Source of the DNA: Clostridia bacterium
Lineage (GTDB): Bacteria; Bacillota; Clostridia; Oscillospirales; CAG-272
DNA length: 64,000 bases
NCBI GenBank assembly: GCA_017399025.1
Contig: JAFQEK010000045.1
Coordinates: 6,661-70,660 of the forward strand
Direction: 5' to 3'
The notes beneath the pieces are model-generated. The model did no database searches. It saw only the letters and a program-made list of their open reading frames with translations, and was not told the DNA's origin. Positions within the stretch are counted from its first letter, which is position 1; every line of letters begins with the position of its first letter. A program made the translations under genes and the position numbers. This document shows positions 16,975 to 26,121 of the stretch, piece after piece.

Positions 16975-19386
16975 TTATTTCAATTCCGCAATGGCAACTC
17001 CCGTATCTCCTTCACCGAACGTACCGCAGCGGACAGAAGCCACTCTCGCATCTCTGCGGAGAAAGTCCGTAACGGCTTTTCTGAGTGCGCCCGTTCCTTT
17101 GCCATGAATGATCCGAAGAGATTTCACACCGGCGCGCTTGGCATCATCGATATATTTATCCAGAAGGAAGCACGCATCGTCGGCATAATTGCCTCTGAGA
17201 TCGATTTCGGGATTGAATGCCGCAATCACACGGTCGCCGGCACTCTTGGCAGAAGATTTTTTACCGTTTTTATCTGTAAATGTAACCTTGACACCGTCTA
17301 TCAGCATAAGGTTTTTGATATTGGTCTTTGTTTTGATAATGCCCGCCTGAACTTGTACATTTCCCGATTTATCGGGATCGGAAAGCAAAATACCTTTCTG
17401 ACCGATATTGACCAGAACGACTTCATCGCCTTTTTTCAGAGGACGAGGAAGCTCATATCCTTCTGCGGTCTTAGGATCAATGGGATCCAATTTATCGCTG
17501 TTGGCTTTCAGATGGATTTTAATATCCCTGCGCGCCGCATCCAACGATTTTGCAAGATTTTCGCTTTCTCTTTCTTTTTTTACTTTTTCAAGTTCGGCAA
17601 AAATATAATCGCTGGAAAGTTTTGCGCTTTCCACCATCCGCACAGCGGTTGCCCGTGCTTTTTCAAGCTCTTTTTCCGCCTCTTTCTCGCGCTTTTCGAC
17701 GAAATCGTCCATTTCTGCCTTTTCGCGTCTTGCTTGTGCCAGAAGCATTTGTGCTTCCGTTTTTGCCTGTTCCATTTCCATACGTTCCTGTTCAAGACGT
17801 TCGATGACACTCTCAAAGCGTCTGTTTTCTCCCGAAACATAACTTTCCGCACGTTCAATGACGGAGGCAGGAAGTCCAAGTTTCCGGGAAATCGCAAATG
17901 CATTGGATTTTCCGGGCGCACCGATGATGAGTCTGTACGTGGGACGGAGCGTATTGACGTCAAATTCGCAGGAAGCGTTGCAAACGCCATCCGTATCAAG
18001 CGCATAAGATTTCAATTCCGCATAGTGAGTGGTTGCCGCACAAAGCGCTTTCTTTTCCCTGACAGCTTCCAGAATGGAAACCGCCAAAGCCGCACCTTCC
18101 ACAGGGTCCGTACCCGCGCCAACCTCATCGAAAAGAACCAGACAACGGTTTTCAATTGCGGCAAGCATTTCCACGATATGCACCATATGGGAAGAGAACG
18201 TGGAAAGCGATTGTTCAATGTTCTGTTCATCGCCGATATCGGCAAGAATATCATCGAAAATACACATCACGGAACCGTCGGCAACGGGAATATGCAATCC
18301 CGCCTGTGTCATAAGAGCAAACAACCCCAATGTTTTCAGCGTAACGGTTTTACCGCCCGTATTCGGACCTGTAATGACAAGCGTGTCAAAATCTATACCA
18401 AGCGAAACGGAAATCGGTACGACCGTATCCGAAGAAATCAGCGGATGTCTTGCACGGATAAGGGAAAGCTGTCTTGCGGCAGTAATTGCGGGGGAAATCC
18501 CATCCATACGGAAAGATAGCTGGCTTTTGCCGAAAATAAAAGCAAGATCTGTCAGATTACGATAGTTTTCCAGAATGGCGGAAGCATTCATGGCAATATC
18601 GGCAGAAAGTTCAGAAAGAATTCTTTCTATCTCATCCGCTTCCTTTCTTTCCAAAAGCCGTAATTCATTGTTGGATTCCACGACGGCAAGCGGTTCAATG
18701 AATACCGTTGCACCGGAAGCGGAGGTATCGTGAACCAAACCCTTGATCTCATTTCTATGTTCCTGCTTGACGGGGATAACATAACGTCCGTCACGCACGG
18801 TAACGATCTGTTCCTGTAAAAATTTGGAATAGGAACCTCCCGTAATATATTTTTGCAGAGAGTCCCTGATCCGATTGTTTTCGTGGCGCATTTTCCGACG
18901 AATCTCATAAAGCTTATCGCTTGCCGTATCCGCGATCATATCCTCGCTTGCGATACAGCGAGAAATTTTCTCCTCCAATTTTCTATTGGGCACTAAATTA
19001 TGAAAATATTCATCAAGAACGGTTTGTGCCGTATGGTCCTCATTTCTGTATTCCTTTACCGCTCTTGCGGCGGAAAGTGTTCTTCCCACGCAAAGAATTT
19101 CAGCAGGCTGTAAAACCGCGCCCTTATCTGCTCGCTCCGCCAAAGAGGTAATATCAGCAAGACCGGAAAGCGGAGGCATTCCCTTTGTGGTCTGCATGGT
19201 TTTTGCGGCATCAGTTTGTTCCAACATACGCCGTACAGTACCAATACCTCTGGAAGGACGCAATGTTCTCGCAAGTGCCTTGGAACCTTCCGTCGGACAA
19301 ACTGCGGCAAGCATTTCCCGTATTTTATCAAATTCAAGCGTAACAATCGCTCTTTCAAAATTTCTGTATTTTCCCATTGTTTTCAT
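16975..19386 (-). CDS. mutS2: endonuclease MutS2 (MutS ATPase + C-terminal Smr domain)
   Basis: Walker A GPNTGGKT, DEVGAGTDP, and a C-terminal Smr domain (LRIIHGKGTGALR). 803 aa. Confidence 0.9.
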   Translation of the reverse strand: MKTMGKYRNFERAIVTLEFDKIREMLAAVCPTEGSKALARTLRPSRGIGTVRRMLEQTDAAKTMQTTKGMPPLSGLADITSLAERADKGAVLQPAEILCVGRTLSAARAVKEYRNEDHTAQTVLDEYFHNLVPNRKLEEKISRCIASEDMIADTASDKLYEIRRKMRHENNRIRDSLQKYITGGSYSKFLQEQIVTVRDGRYVIPVKQEHRNEIKGLVHDTSASGATVFIEPLAVVESNNELRLLERKEADEIERILSELSADIAMNASAILENYRNLTDLAFIFGKSQLSFRMDGISPAITAARQLSLIRARHPLISSDTVVPISVSLGIDFDTLVITGPNTGGKTVTLKTLGLFALMTQAGLHIPVADGSVMCIFDDILADIGDEQNIEQSLSTFSSHMVHIVEMLAAIENRCLVLFDEVGAGTDPVEGAALAVSILEAVREKKALCAATTHYAELKSYALDTDGVCNASCEFDVNTLRPTYRLIIGAPGKSNAFAISRKLGLPASVIERAESYVSGENRRFESVIERLEQERMEMEQAKTEAQMLLAQARREKAEMDDFVEKREKEAEKELEKARATAVRMVESAKLSSDYIFAELEKVKKERESENLAKSLDAARRDIKIHLKANSDKLDPIDPKTAEGYELPRPLKKGDEVVLVNIGQKGILLSDPDKSGNVQVQAGIIKTKTNIKNLMLIDGVKVTFTDKNGKKSSAKSAGDRVIAAFNPEIDLRGNYADDACFLLDKYIDDAKRAGVKSLRIIHGKGTGALRKAVTDFLRRDARVASVRCGTFGEGDTGVAIAELK

Positions 19387-19394
19387 CGTTCTTT

Positions 19395-19628
19395 TTATTC
19401 TTCATCCTTTTCCGAAGCCACCGCAAATTCGGGAAGCGGTTTCTCCTGCGGTTCTCTTTTCAAAAGATCGTAACGAAAGCTTCTGCAAACATAGTCTTTA
19501 CGAACGATCCCATGCTTTTCGCATATCACATCCGTTGCTTCTCCCGAAGAAAGCGCAATAACGGTACCAAATTCGCAAAAAGCACATTTCTTTTCAATGC
19601 CTGCTTCCTGCTCTGATCTTTTAACCAT
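19395..19628 (-). CDS. hypothetical Cys-rich small protein (77 aa)
   Basis: ATG at 19628 follows GGAGG with 5-nt spacing. Contains CxxC...C...C. The stop is 8 nt before the mutS2 start. Confidence 0.5.
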   Translation of the reverse strand: MVKRSEQEAGIEKKCAFCEFGTVIALSSGEATDVICEKHGIVRKDYVCRSFRYDLLKREPQEKPLPEFAVASEKDEE

Positions 19629-19700
19629 AAGAACCTCCAATCTCCCTTTTTTATGTGCGAGGATATACGGGTACACAAAGGGCAGTCTATCTCATATATA

Positions 19701-20789
19701 TTATACAGCATTCCTTTTCATTTTTCCACACTTTTTTGAAAAAAACTTAATTTTTAAGAAATTTAAAAGATAAACACAGCAAAGAATTACCACAAACAAA
19801 ACAAATATCCATTTTTCTCCGTTTTTTTGCAGAGATAAGATGAAAAAGAAAAACGAAAAAAGTGGGCAAAATATACTCGTCAACAATTTTCCGGCAAAAT
19901 AGAGCACAGGCGAATAAAATGCGGATTCCGTTCTTTCCAAAACCTGCATAAAAACAGAGATTCCTCCAAAGCCAAGCAAAACACCGCCGAGGACTAACAG
20001 CACTTCCGTCGAAAATCCCGAAGAAGACAATTCCAAAAAACCGAATGAAAGTTCCAACAACCCGCCGATCAATGCCCTTGCTCCTTCTCCGATCGGAAGT
20101 CCCAACATGGAAAAGGTATCAAAAAGAACCGTATTGACAAACGAGAAAAAAACGACCAATCCGCAAACGGAAAGCATCGCAAAAATACTTTCTTTAACGG
20201 AAGCACTTATGGCACGAGGAACGGAAATATAAGTAAAAGCAGTTGTATTTTTCGATTCAATCGCGCTTCTGCGAAAAAATGCCGTCAGACAAAGTCCTGT
20301 CCATGCCGCTGCAAACTGCGCTAAAAAGAAGATCACTCCCTTTTTTGTATCGAAAAAAAGGGAAGCACCTACCGTACCGATTAAAAAAGAGGCTCCCGCC
20401 TGATTGCAGAAAGGCAGAATGGATGCCGCTTCTCTCTTGGAAATTTCTCCTCGTTCGCAAAACTCCGACAGCATAGCGGCTCCGGTCGGAAATCCCGCAA
20501 AAGATCCGATCAGAAAAGCAGAAAAACCGCATGGACTGAGCCCTGCTGTTTTCAAAAAGGTTTTCAAGGGTAAAGCAGAAATCCGATCGGCAAAGCCTGT
20601 TTTTACAAGCAATTTGGAACATACGGAAAATAAAGCAAGAGACGGAAGAATGGAATGGGAAAACACGGAAAGCGCATGTCTGACCGTTTCCATCGTCCGC
20701 TCGGGCATAAAAATCGAATAGACGGTCAGCCATATTACCGCCAATAAGAAAAGTAAGGACGAAAATCCGTCCTTTTTTTGTCGTATCAT
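19701..20789 (-). CDS. ylbJ: sporulation integral membrane protein YlbJ-like (nucleoside-recognition Gate domains)
   Basis: The pattern PSLALFSV.SKLLV.TG...GFPTGAAM...FCNQAGASFLIGTVG parallels B. subtilis YlbJ. GGGAGG RBS before the ATG at 20789. Confidence 0.7.
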   Translation of the reverse strand: MIRQKKDGFSSLLFLLAVIWLTVYSIFMPERTMETVRHALSVFSHSILPSLALFSVCSKLLVKTGFADRISALPLKTFLKTAGLSPCGFSAFLIGSFAGFPTGAAMLSEFCERGEISKREAASILPFCNQAGASFLIGTVGASLFFDTKKGVIFFLAQFAAAWTGLCLTAFFRRSAIESKNTTAFTYISVPRAISASVKESIFAMLSVCGLVVFFSFVNTVLFDTFSMLGLPIGEGARALIGGLLELSFGFLELSSSGFSTEVLLVLGGVLLGFGGISVFMQVLERTESAFYSPVLYFAGKLLTSIFCPLFSFFFFILSLQKNGEKWIFVLFVVILCCVYLLNFLKIKFFSKKCGKMKRNAV

Positions 20790-20976
20790 CAGAACCTCCC
20801 GCATATAGTGGATTTAAGACAACACCGCGCCATTCACAGTTTTTGCCTTGATTATACATTTGACTGCATCTCATCCGTCGGATGAAACAAATGTTGGATT
20901 TTTAATTTTATGATGGAATATGAGGTTATATGATTTTTTTATAATGGATATAACCCTCCCACGAAAGGATTTTACG

Positions 20977-21270
20977 ATGAAAAAAAAGACTGCCATACCA
21001 TATTCTGTGCCGAAAGCTTCACCGATACCGCATGAAACGCTCGAACTTTCCAACAGACGGGAGCTTCTCCTTTGCGGGGTTCTCGGCATTGAAGAATACC
21101 ACCCCGAAAAAGTACGAATTAAAACAGAAAGGGGAATCGTTGAGATTTGCGGTTCTTCACTTTCCCTTTGCTGGGCGGGGGAAAAGCGTTTGCTTTTACG
21201 AGGATGCTTTGAATATCTGCGCTTTGAAAACAGACCGCCCAAAAAAGGAGGATACCGTTCATGCCGTTAA
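20977..21270 (+). CDS. yqfC: sporulation protein YqfC (YabP family)
   Basis: Small YabP-like protein immediately upstream of yqfD. ATG at 20977 follows GAAAGGA. Confidence 0.65.
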   Translation: MKKKTAIPYSVPKASPIPHETLELSNRRELLLCGVLGIEEYHPEKVRIKTERGIVEICGSSLSLCWAGEKRLLLRGCFEYLRFENRPPKKGGYRSCR

Positions 21271-22436
21271 TCGAATATTTCCGCAGTCCTTACCGCCTTT
21301 CTGTCCTTACCGATGATGCCCGTCTGATTCTGGATTTTCTGATTGCCCACGACATCCCATTTCACGGTCAGAAAATCCACGAAGATATTTTTTCCGTTTT
21401 GCTTTATACATCCGATTATAAAACCTACGACCAATTGCGTGGAAAACGAAGATACCGAAACGAAAGCCGAAAAAGGTTGGGATTTCTTGCCCTTACGGCG
21501 CGTTATCGGAAACGGATAGGAATTCTTGTCGGTTTTATTCTTGCAATAGCACTGATTATTTTTTCTTCTCTCTTCGTTTGGGATATTCGGATTCAAGGTG
21601 CGGATGTTATTCATGAAAAAGTCATTGCCGAAGCACTTGAAGAAAGAGGATTGCGCCTCGGCACCTTCATTCCTTCCGTAGACACCGAAATCATGGAACA
21701 ATCTCTGATTTTGGATATAAAAGGACTTTCTCTTGTCAGCATCAATCTCAGAGGAACGGTCGCATATGTGGAAGTCAGGGAACGTGCGGATAATACGGAG
21801 ATCGTTGACAGGCAAACACCGTCCAATCTGATTGCAACGGCAGACGGACAGATTGAAGCATTACAGATTACGGGAGGAGTTGCTGCTGTCAAGCTCGGCG
21901 AAACCGTTAAAAAAGGAGATCTTCTTGTCAGTGGCATCATTGATTCTTCGGCACTCGGGTATCGTTTGGTCCGTGCCAGAGGAGAAGTGCTCGCACGTAC
22001 AACAAAGACCTATCAGGCTGAAATTCCTTATCAAACAACGGAAAAAGTATATACCGGCAGATTTTTTTCGCAAAAATCCATAAAATTTTTCTCAAAAACG
22101 ATAAAACTTTTCAGAAAAGATAGCATTTCCACCTCAAGTTGTGATAAAATAGAATCAGAAAAAAGAATTTATCTTTTCGGCTTGATTGCTCTCCCCGTTT
22201 TCATCACAGAAACCCACTATGCGGAATACGAAATGCTCCCAAAAACACTGACCGCAGAGGAAGCACTTCAACTTGCAAAAAAACAGCTCTTCGACCTGCG
22301 TGAATCAGAACTCTCCGATGCGGAAATTCTTGGCATACACACCTCTGTCAGCGAAGAAGGAGACTGCTTAAAAATAATCCAACAGGTGGATTGCATTATG
22401 AATATCACGGAAGAAGTAAAGATCCAAACAGAATGA
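21261..22436 (+). CDS. yqfD: sporulation protein YqfD
   Basis: 391 aa with a central TM segment. Conserved yqfC-yqfD-phoH-ybeY order. AAGGAGGA RBS. Confidence 0.75.
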   Translation: MPLIEYFRSPYRLSVLTDDARLILDFLIAHDIPFHGQKIHEDIFSVLLYTSDYKTYDQLRGKRRYRNESRKRLGFLALTARYRKRIGILVGFILAIALIIFSSLFVWDIRIQGADVIHEKVIAEALEERGLRLGTFIPSVDTEIMEQSLILDIKGLSLVSINLRGTVAYVEVRERADNTEIVDRQTPSNLIATADGQIEALQITGGVAAVKLGETVKKGDLLVSGIIDSSALGYRLVRARGEVLARTTKTYQAEIPYQTTEKVYTGRFFSQKSIKFFSKTIKLFRKDSISTSSCDKIESEKRIYLFGLIALPVFITETHYAEYEMLPKTLTAEEALQLAKKQLFDLRESELSDAEILGIHTSVSEEGDCLKIIQQVDCIMNITEEVKIQTE

Positions 22437-22504
22437 CCGCGAACATATCGCTGCTTCTTTTGATCCAAAGTCTACGGATAAATATAAAGAAACGGAGATT
22501 TCTT

Positions 22505-23536
22505 ATGTTTGAAAAAATTTTATTGACCGACTCTGCGGAACAAACAGCCGCACTATTCGGCAATTTTGATCGCAATATCAATATGATTGAAAAAAACTTC
22601 AATGTTAATATCACAAACAGAGATACAGAAAAAACACTTGGGGATGCTATCGTAATCCGCGGTGAAAACAGCGACCATGTTTTGAACGCTTTTACCGCGT
22701 TGGAATACCTCAAAAACATGACCAAGATGGGAACGGAGCTCAGCGACCAAAGCGTAGACTACGTCATCTCCATGGTCAAGGGCGGAGAAAAGCTGGAGCA
22801 TTTCGGTGATGACTGCATCTGCGTTACCACCAAAGGCAAACCCATCAAAGCAAAAACGGTGGGACAGAAAAAATATGTGGATGCCATCAAAAAAAATACT
22901 GTTATTCTCGGTGTCGGCCCCGCAGGAACGGGAAAAACGTTTCTCGCCGTTGCCGCCGCTTCCACCGCACTCCGAAACAAGGAGATTTCCCGTATCATTT
23001 TGACACGCCCTGCCGTGGAAGCAGGAGAAAAGCTCGGGTTTTTGCCCGGCGATCTGCAAACCAAAATAGACCCGTATCTGCGCCCACTCCACGATGCGCT
23101 CTTCGAAATGCTCGGAGCGGAAGCGTATCAGAAACATATCGAACGGGGAACCATCGAAATTGCACCTCTTGCCTATATGCGCGGACGCACACTGGATGAC
23201 AGTTTCATCATTCTGGACGAAGCGCAGAACACAACGCCCGAACAAATGAAAATGTTTCTCACCAGATTGGGCTTCAATTCCAAAGCTGTCGTAACGGGCG
23301 ATATCACGCAAACGGACCTTCCCATCGGCACCAGAAGCGGTCTTGTAGAAGCGATGAAAATTTTGCGCGGCATTGAAGGCATTGCTATCCATGAATTTAC
23401 GGAACGGGACGTTGTCCGACACAAATTGGTTCAGCGCATCATCCTTGCTTACGATCAATATGAGCGCGAAAGAAAAGAAAAAACAGAGCGTTACCGCGCC
23501 GTTAAAAAAGATTCTTCGGGAAAGGACAAAAAATGA
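22505..23536 (+). CDS. phoH: PhoH-family ATPase
   Basis: Walker A GPAGTGKT, DEAQN and the PhoH C-terminal region. ATG at 22505 follows GGAG. Confidence 0.9.
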   Translation: MFEKILLTDSAEQTAALFGNFDRNINMIEKNFNVNITNRDTEKTLGDAIVIRGENSDHVLNAFTALEYLKNMTKMGTELSDQSVDYVISMVKGGEKLEHFGDDCICVTTKGKPIKAKTVGQKKYVDAIKKNTVILGVGPAGTGKTFLAVAAASTALRNKEISRIILTRPAVEAGEKLGFLPGDLQTKIDPYLRPLHDALFEMLGAEAYQKHIERGTIEIAPLAYMRGRTLDDSFIILDEAQNTTPEQMKMFLTRLGFNSKAVVTGDITQTDLPIGTRSGLVEAMKILRGIEGIAIHEFTERDVVRHKLVQRIILAYDQYERERKEKTERYRAVKKDSSGKDKK

Positions 23537-24015
23537 AACTCAAACTTTATTTTTCAAACGAACAGCAAAAAATCAAAATCTCTTTCAAAATGCGTCTTCT
23601 CATAAAAAAAGCGGTTACCGAAGCCCTGAAACAAGAAGAATTTGAATATCCTGCGGAAATTTCCGTTTCCTTTATCGATCACGAAGCCATTCACAAGCTC
23701 AATCTGCAATACAGAGAAAAAGACAAACCTACCGACGTTCTTTCTTTCCCTATCTATGAAAAAGAAGAACTGGAAGACGGAAGTGCTTTTGACGGGCATG
23801 CCGTAACCTTGGGAGATATCATTATTTCCGCAGAACAAGCCAAAGCACAATCGGAAGAATACGGCCATTCTCTCGAAAGAGAAATTTGTTTCCTTGCCGT
23901 ACATTCCGTTTTGCATTTGCTCGGGTACGATCATGAAACCTCTGAGGACGACGAAATTTATATGAAACAAAAACAGGAAGACGTTTTAACAAAAATCGGT
24001 CTTCCCAGAAAATAA
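23533..24015 (+). CDS. ybeY: rRNA maturation RNase YbeY
   Basis: Zn motif HSVLHLLGYDH. ATGA overlap with the phoH stop. Confidence 0.9.
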   Translation: MKLKLYFSNEQQKIKISFKMRLLIKKAVTEALKQEEFEYPAEISVSFIDHEAIHKLNLQYREKDKPTDVLSFPIYEKEELEDGSAFDGHAVTLGDIIISAEQAKAQSEEYGHSLEREICFLAVHSVLHLLGYDHETSEDDEIYMKQKQEDVLTKIGLPRK

Positions 24016-24069
24016 TCTTCAACAAAACAATACGTTTTTTATCAATATAAAAGAAAAGGAATTAAAAAT

Positions 24070-24972
24070 ATGAAAAAAAATCTTTTTGCGGCATTGATCG
24101 GCAGACCGAATGTCGGAAAATCCACATTGCTTAACCAATTGCTCGGCGAACACGTTTCCATTGTTTCCCCGAAACCCCAGACTACCCGCACAAAAATTAC
24201 GGGAATTCTGACAAAAGACGAAACGCAATATGTATTTCTGGATACGCCCGGTATTCATAAACCCAAGGATAAGCTCGGTTCTTATATGATGAAAGTTGCA
24301 GACGGCGCGGCAGCTGACGTGGACATTGTTCTTCTGCTTGTGGAAGCAGGCGACCGTGTCGGTCCTGTGGAAAAAGAACTTCTGCGCCGTTTTGAAAAAT
24401 CCGATACTCCTACAATTCTCATCATTAACAAAACAGATATCAGCAATGCCAATCAGATCGGCGATACCATCGCACGTTTTTCCGAAAATCACACCTACGA
24501 TGCCGTTATTCCGATTTCGGCAAAAAACGGAGAGAATGTAGAAATTATTCTGGAAGAAATCGAAAAATTCGCCATGGAAGGTCCTTGGTTCTTCCCCGAT
24601 GATATCATTACAGACCAACCCGAACGTGTCATCGCTTCCGAAATCATCCGCGAAAAGCTGCTCAATGCGCTCGGTGACGAAATTCCGCACGGAACAGCTG
24701 TTATCATTGAAAGCTTCAAAGAAAAAAAGGATAAAAACAAAAACGAAATGATATCCATTCGCGCTGAAATTTTCTGCGAACGTCCGTCTCATAAGCCAAT
24801 TATCATCGGTAAAAATGGAGAAATGCTCAAAAAAATCGGTTCCTATGCCAGAGAAGATATGGAACGCTTTTTCGGTGTGAAAATTTTTCTGGATCTTTGG
24901 GTCAAGGTCAAGGAAAATTGGAGAGAAAGTGCGGCTGTCGTTGCAAACTTTGGTTTCAAGGATGAAGAATAA
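24070..24972 (+). CDS. era: GTPase Era
   Basis: G1 GRPNVGKST, G3 DTPG, G4 NKTD, and a C-terminal KH domain. 300 aa. Confidence 0.92.
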   Translation: MKKNLFAALIGRPNVGKSTLLNQLLGEHVSIVSPKPQTTRTKITGILTKDETQYVFLDTPGIHKPKDKLGSYMMKVADGAAADVDIVLLLVEAGDRVGPVEKELLRRFEKSDTPTILIINKTDISNANQIGDTIARFSENHTYDAVIPISAKNGENVEIILEEIEKFAMEGPWFFPDDIITDQPERVIASEIIREKLLNALGDEIPHGTAVIIESFKEKKDKNKNEMISIRAEIFCERPSHKPIIIGKNGEMLKKIGSYAREDMERFFGVKIFLDLWVKVKENWRESAAVVANFGFKDEE

Positions 24973-25016
24973 CCTTTTTCACGGTATAAAAGTTCAAACA
25001 GAAAGGAACATATTCC

Positions 25017-25844
25017 ATGACGGAAACCATCAAGGGTATTGTATTGCGGGAAACGGCTGTCGGGGATTATGATAAAATCATGACTGTCCTTACCGCTGAC
25101 CACGGTAAGCTTTCCGTCTTTGCCAGAGGTGCCAAACGGTTAAAAAGTCCATTGTTTACCGCCACGCAGATTTTTTCTTATTCAGAAATGACAATTTACC
25201 GCTCCTCCAATCATTATTATCTGCGCACGGCCGACCTCATTGAAAATTTTTACCGCATGCGCGATTATCTGGAAGGTTCTGCTCTTGCCGGATATATCGC
25301 GGATGTGGCGGCAGACATTTCCGTGGAAAATCAAGATGCAACAGAACTTCTCCGTCTGGTTCTCAATTGTTTTCACGCTATTTCCCAACGCATAAGACCA
25401 CCCGCTCAGATCAAGGGGGTTTTTGAATTGCGTGCTTCTTCCATAGCAGGATTTATGCCGAATCTGGTCGCTTGTGCCGGATGCGGCAATTCCGATCTTG
25501 AAATTTATTATTTTGATGTAACCGACGGCATTTTCCGTTGCGAGGAATGTTATCGTACGGATGCGCTGATTGCCGAAAAACTGGCGCAAAGACAAAGTGA
25601 GCCAGATGCCATTTATCAGACAGGAACGGTTATTGCATTGCTCTCTCCCTCCGTATTTGCGGCAATGCGATTTTCCATCTATTCCCGTGCGCAAAGAATT
25701 TTTTCTTTTGAACTCAAGGATCATCAGACACTGATGGATTTTGCCAAGGTTGCCGAAAATTATCTGCTTTGCCATCTGGAAAAAAATTATTCCACACTTG
25801 AATTTTACCATACAGTCAGCGAAGTTCCCAAATCGGTAAAATAA
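25017..25844 (+). CDS. recO: DNA repair protein RecO
   Basis: N-terminal OB region (KGIVLRETAVGDYDKI), a Cys4 cluster (CAGCG...CEEC), and a position downstream of era. Confidence 0.85.
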   Translation: MTETIKGIVLRETAVGDYDKIMTVLTADHGKLSVFARGAKRLKSPLFTATQIFSYSEMTIYRSSNHYYLRTADLIENFYRMRDYLEGSALAGYIADVAADISVENQDATELLRLVLNCFHAISQRIRPPAQIKGVFELRASSIAGFMPNLVACAGCGNSDLEIYYFDVTDGIFRCEECYRTDALIAEKLAQRQSEPDAIYQTGTVIALLSPSVFAAMRFSIYSRAQRIFSFELKDHQTLMDFAKVAENYLLCHLEKNYSTLEFYHTVSEVPKSVK

Positions 25845-25904
25845 TTTTTTGGGAACATGTTGACCCTTTTCAAACAAACGCAAATGTATTCTTTTCCTTT
25901 TCAA

Positions 25905-25937
25905 AAAAATCCCGGCTGAATTTCAACCGGGATTTTT
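25905..25937 (+). terminator. rho-independent terminator after recO
   Basis: AAAAATCCCGG-loop-CCGGGATTTTT followed by ATTTT. Confidence 0.85.
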
Positions 25938-26121
25938 ATTTTCTAAGAAATTACTCAAAATCGACCTCACCGTTTACCGTTCTATTCTCCATCGAACTCA
26001 CGTTAAATACAAGAAAAACTACGATAGGCGAGCAACTTCCAGTGGGCGTTGCCCACTTTTTTATTATACAGGAAACTGACTTCGATTGATCTCGCCATTC
26101 TGCCGGCGAGTATTTTTTCTA

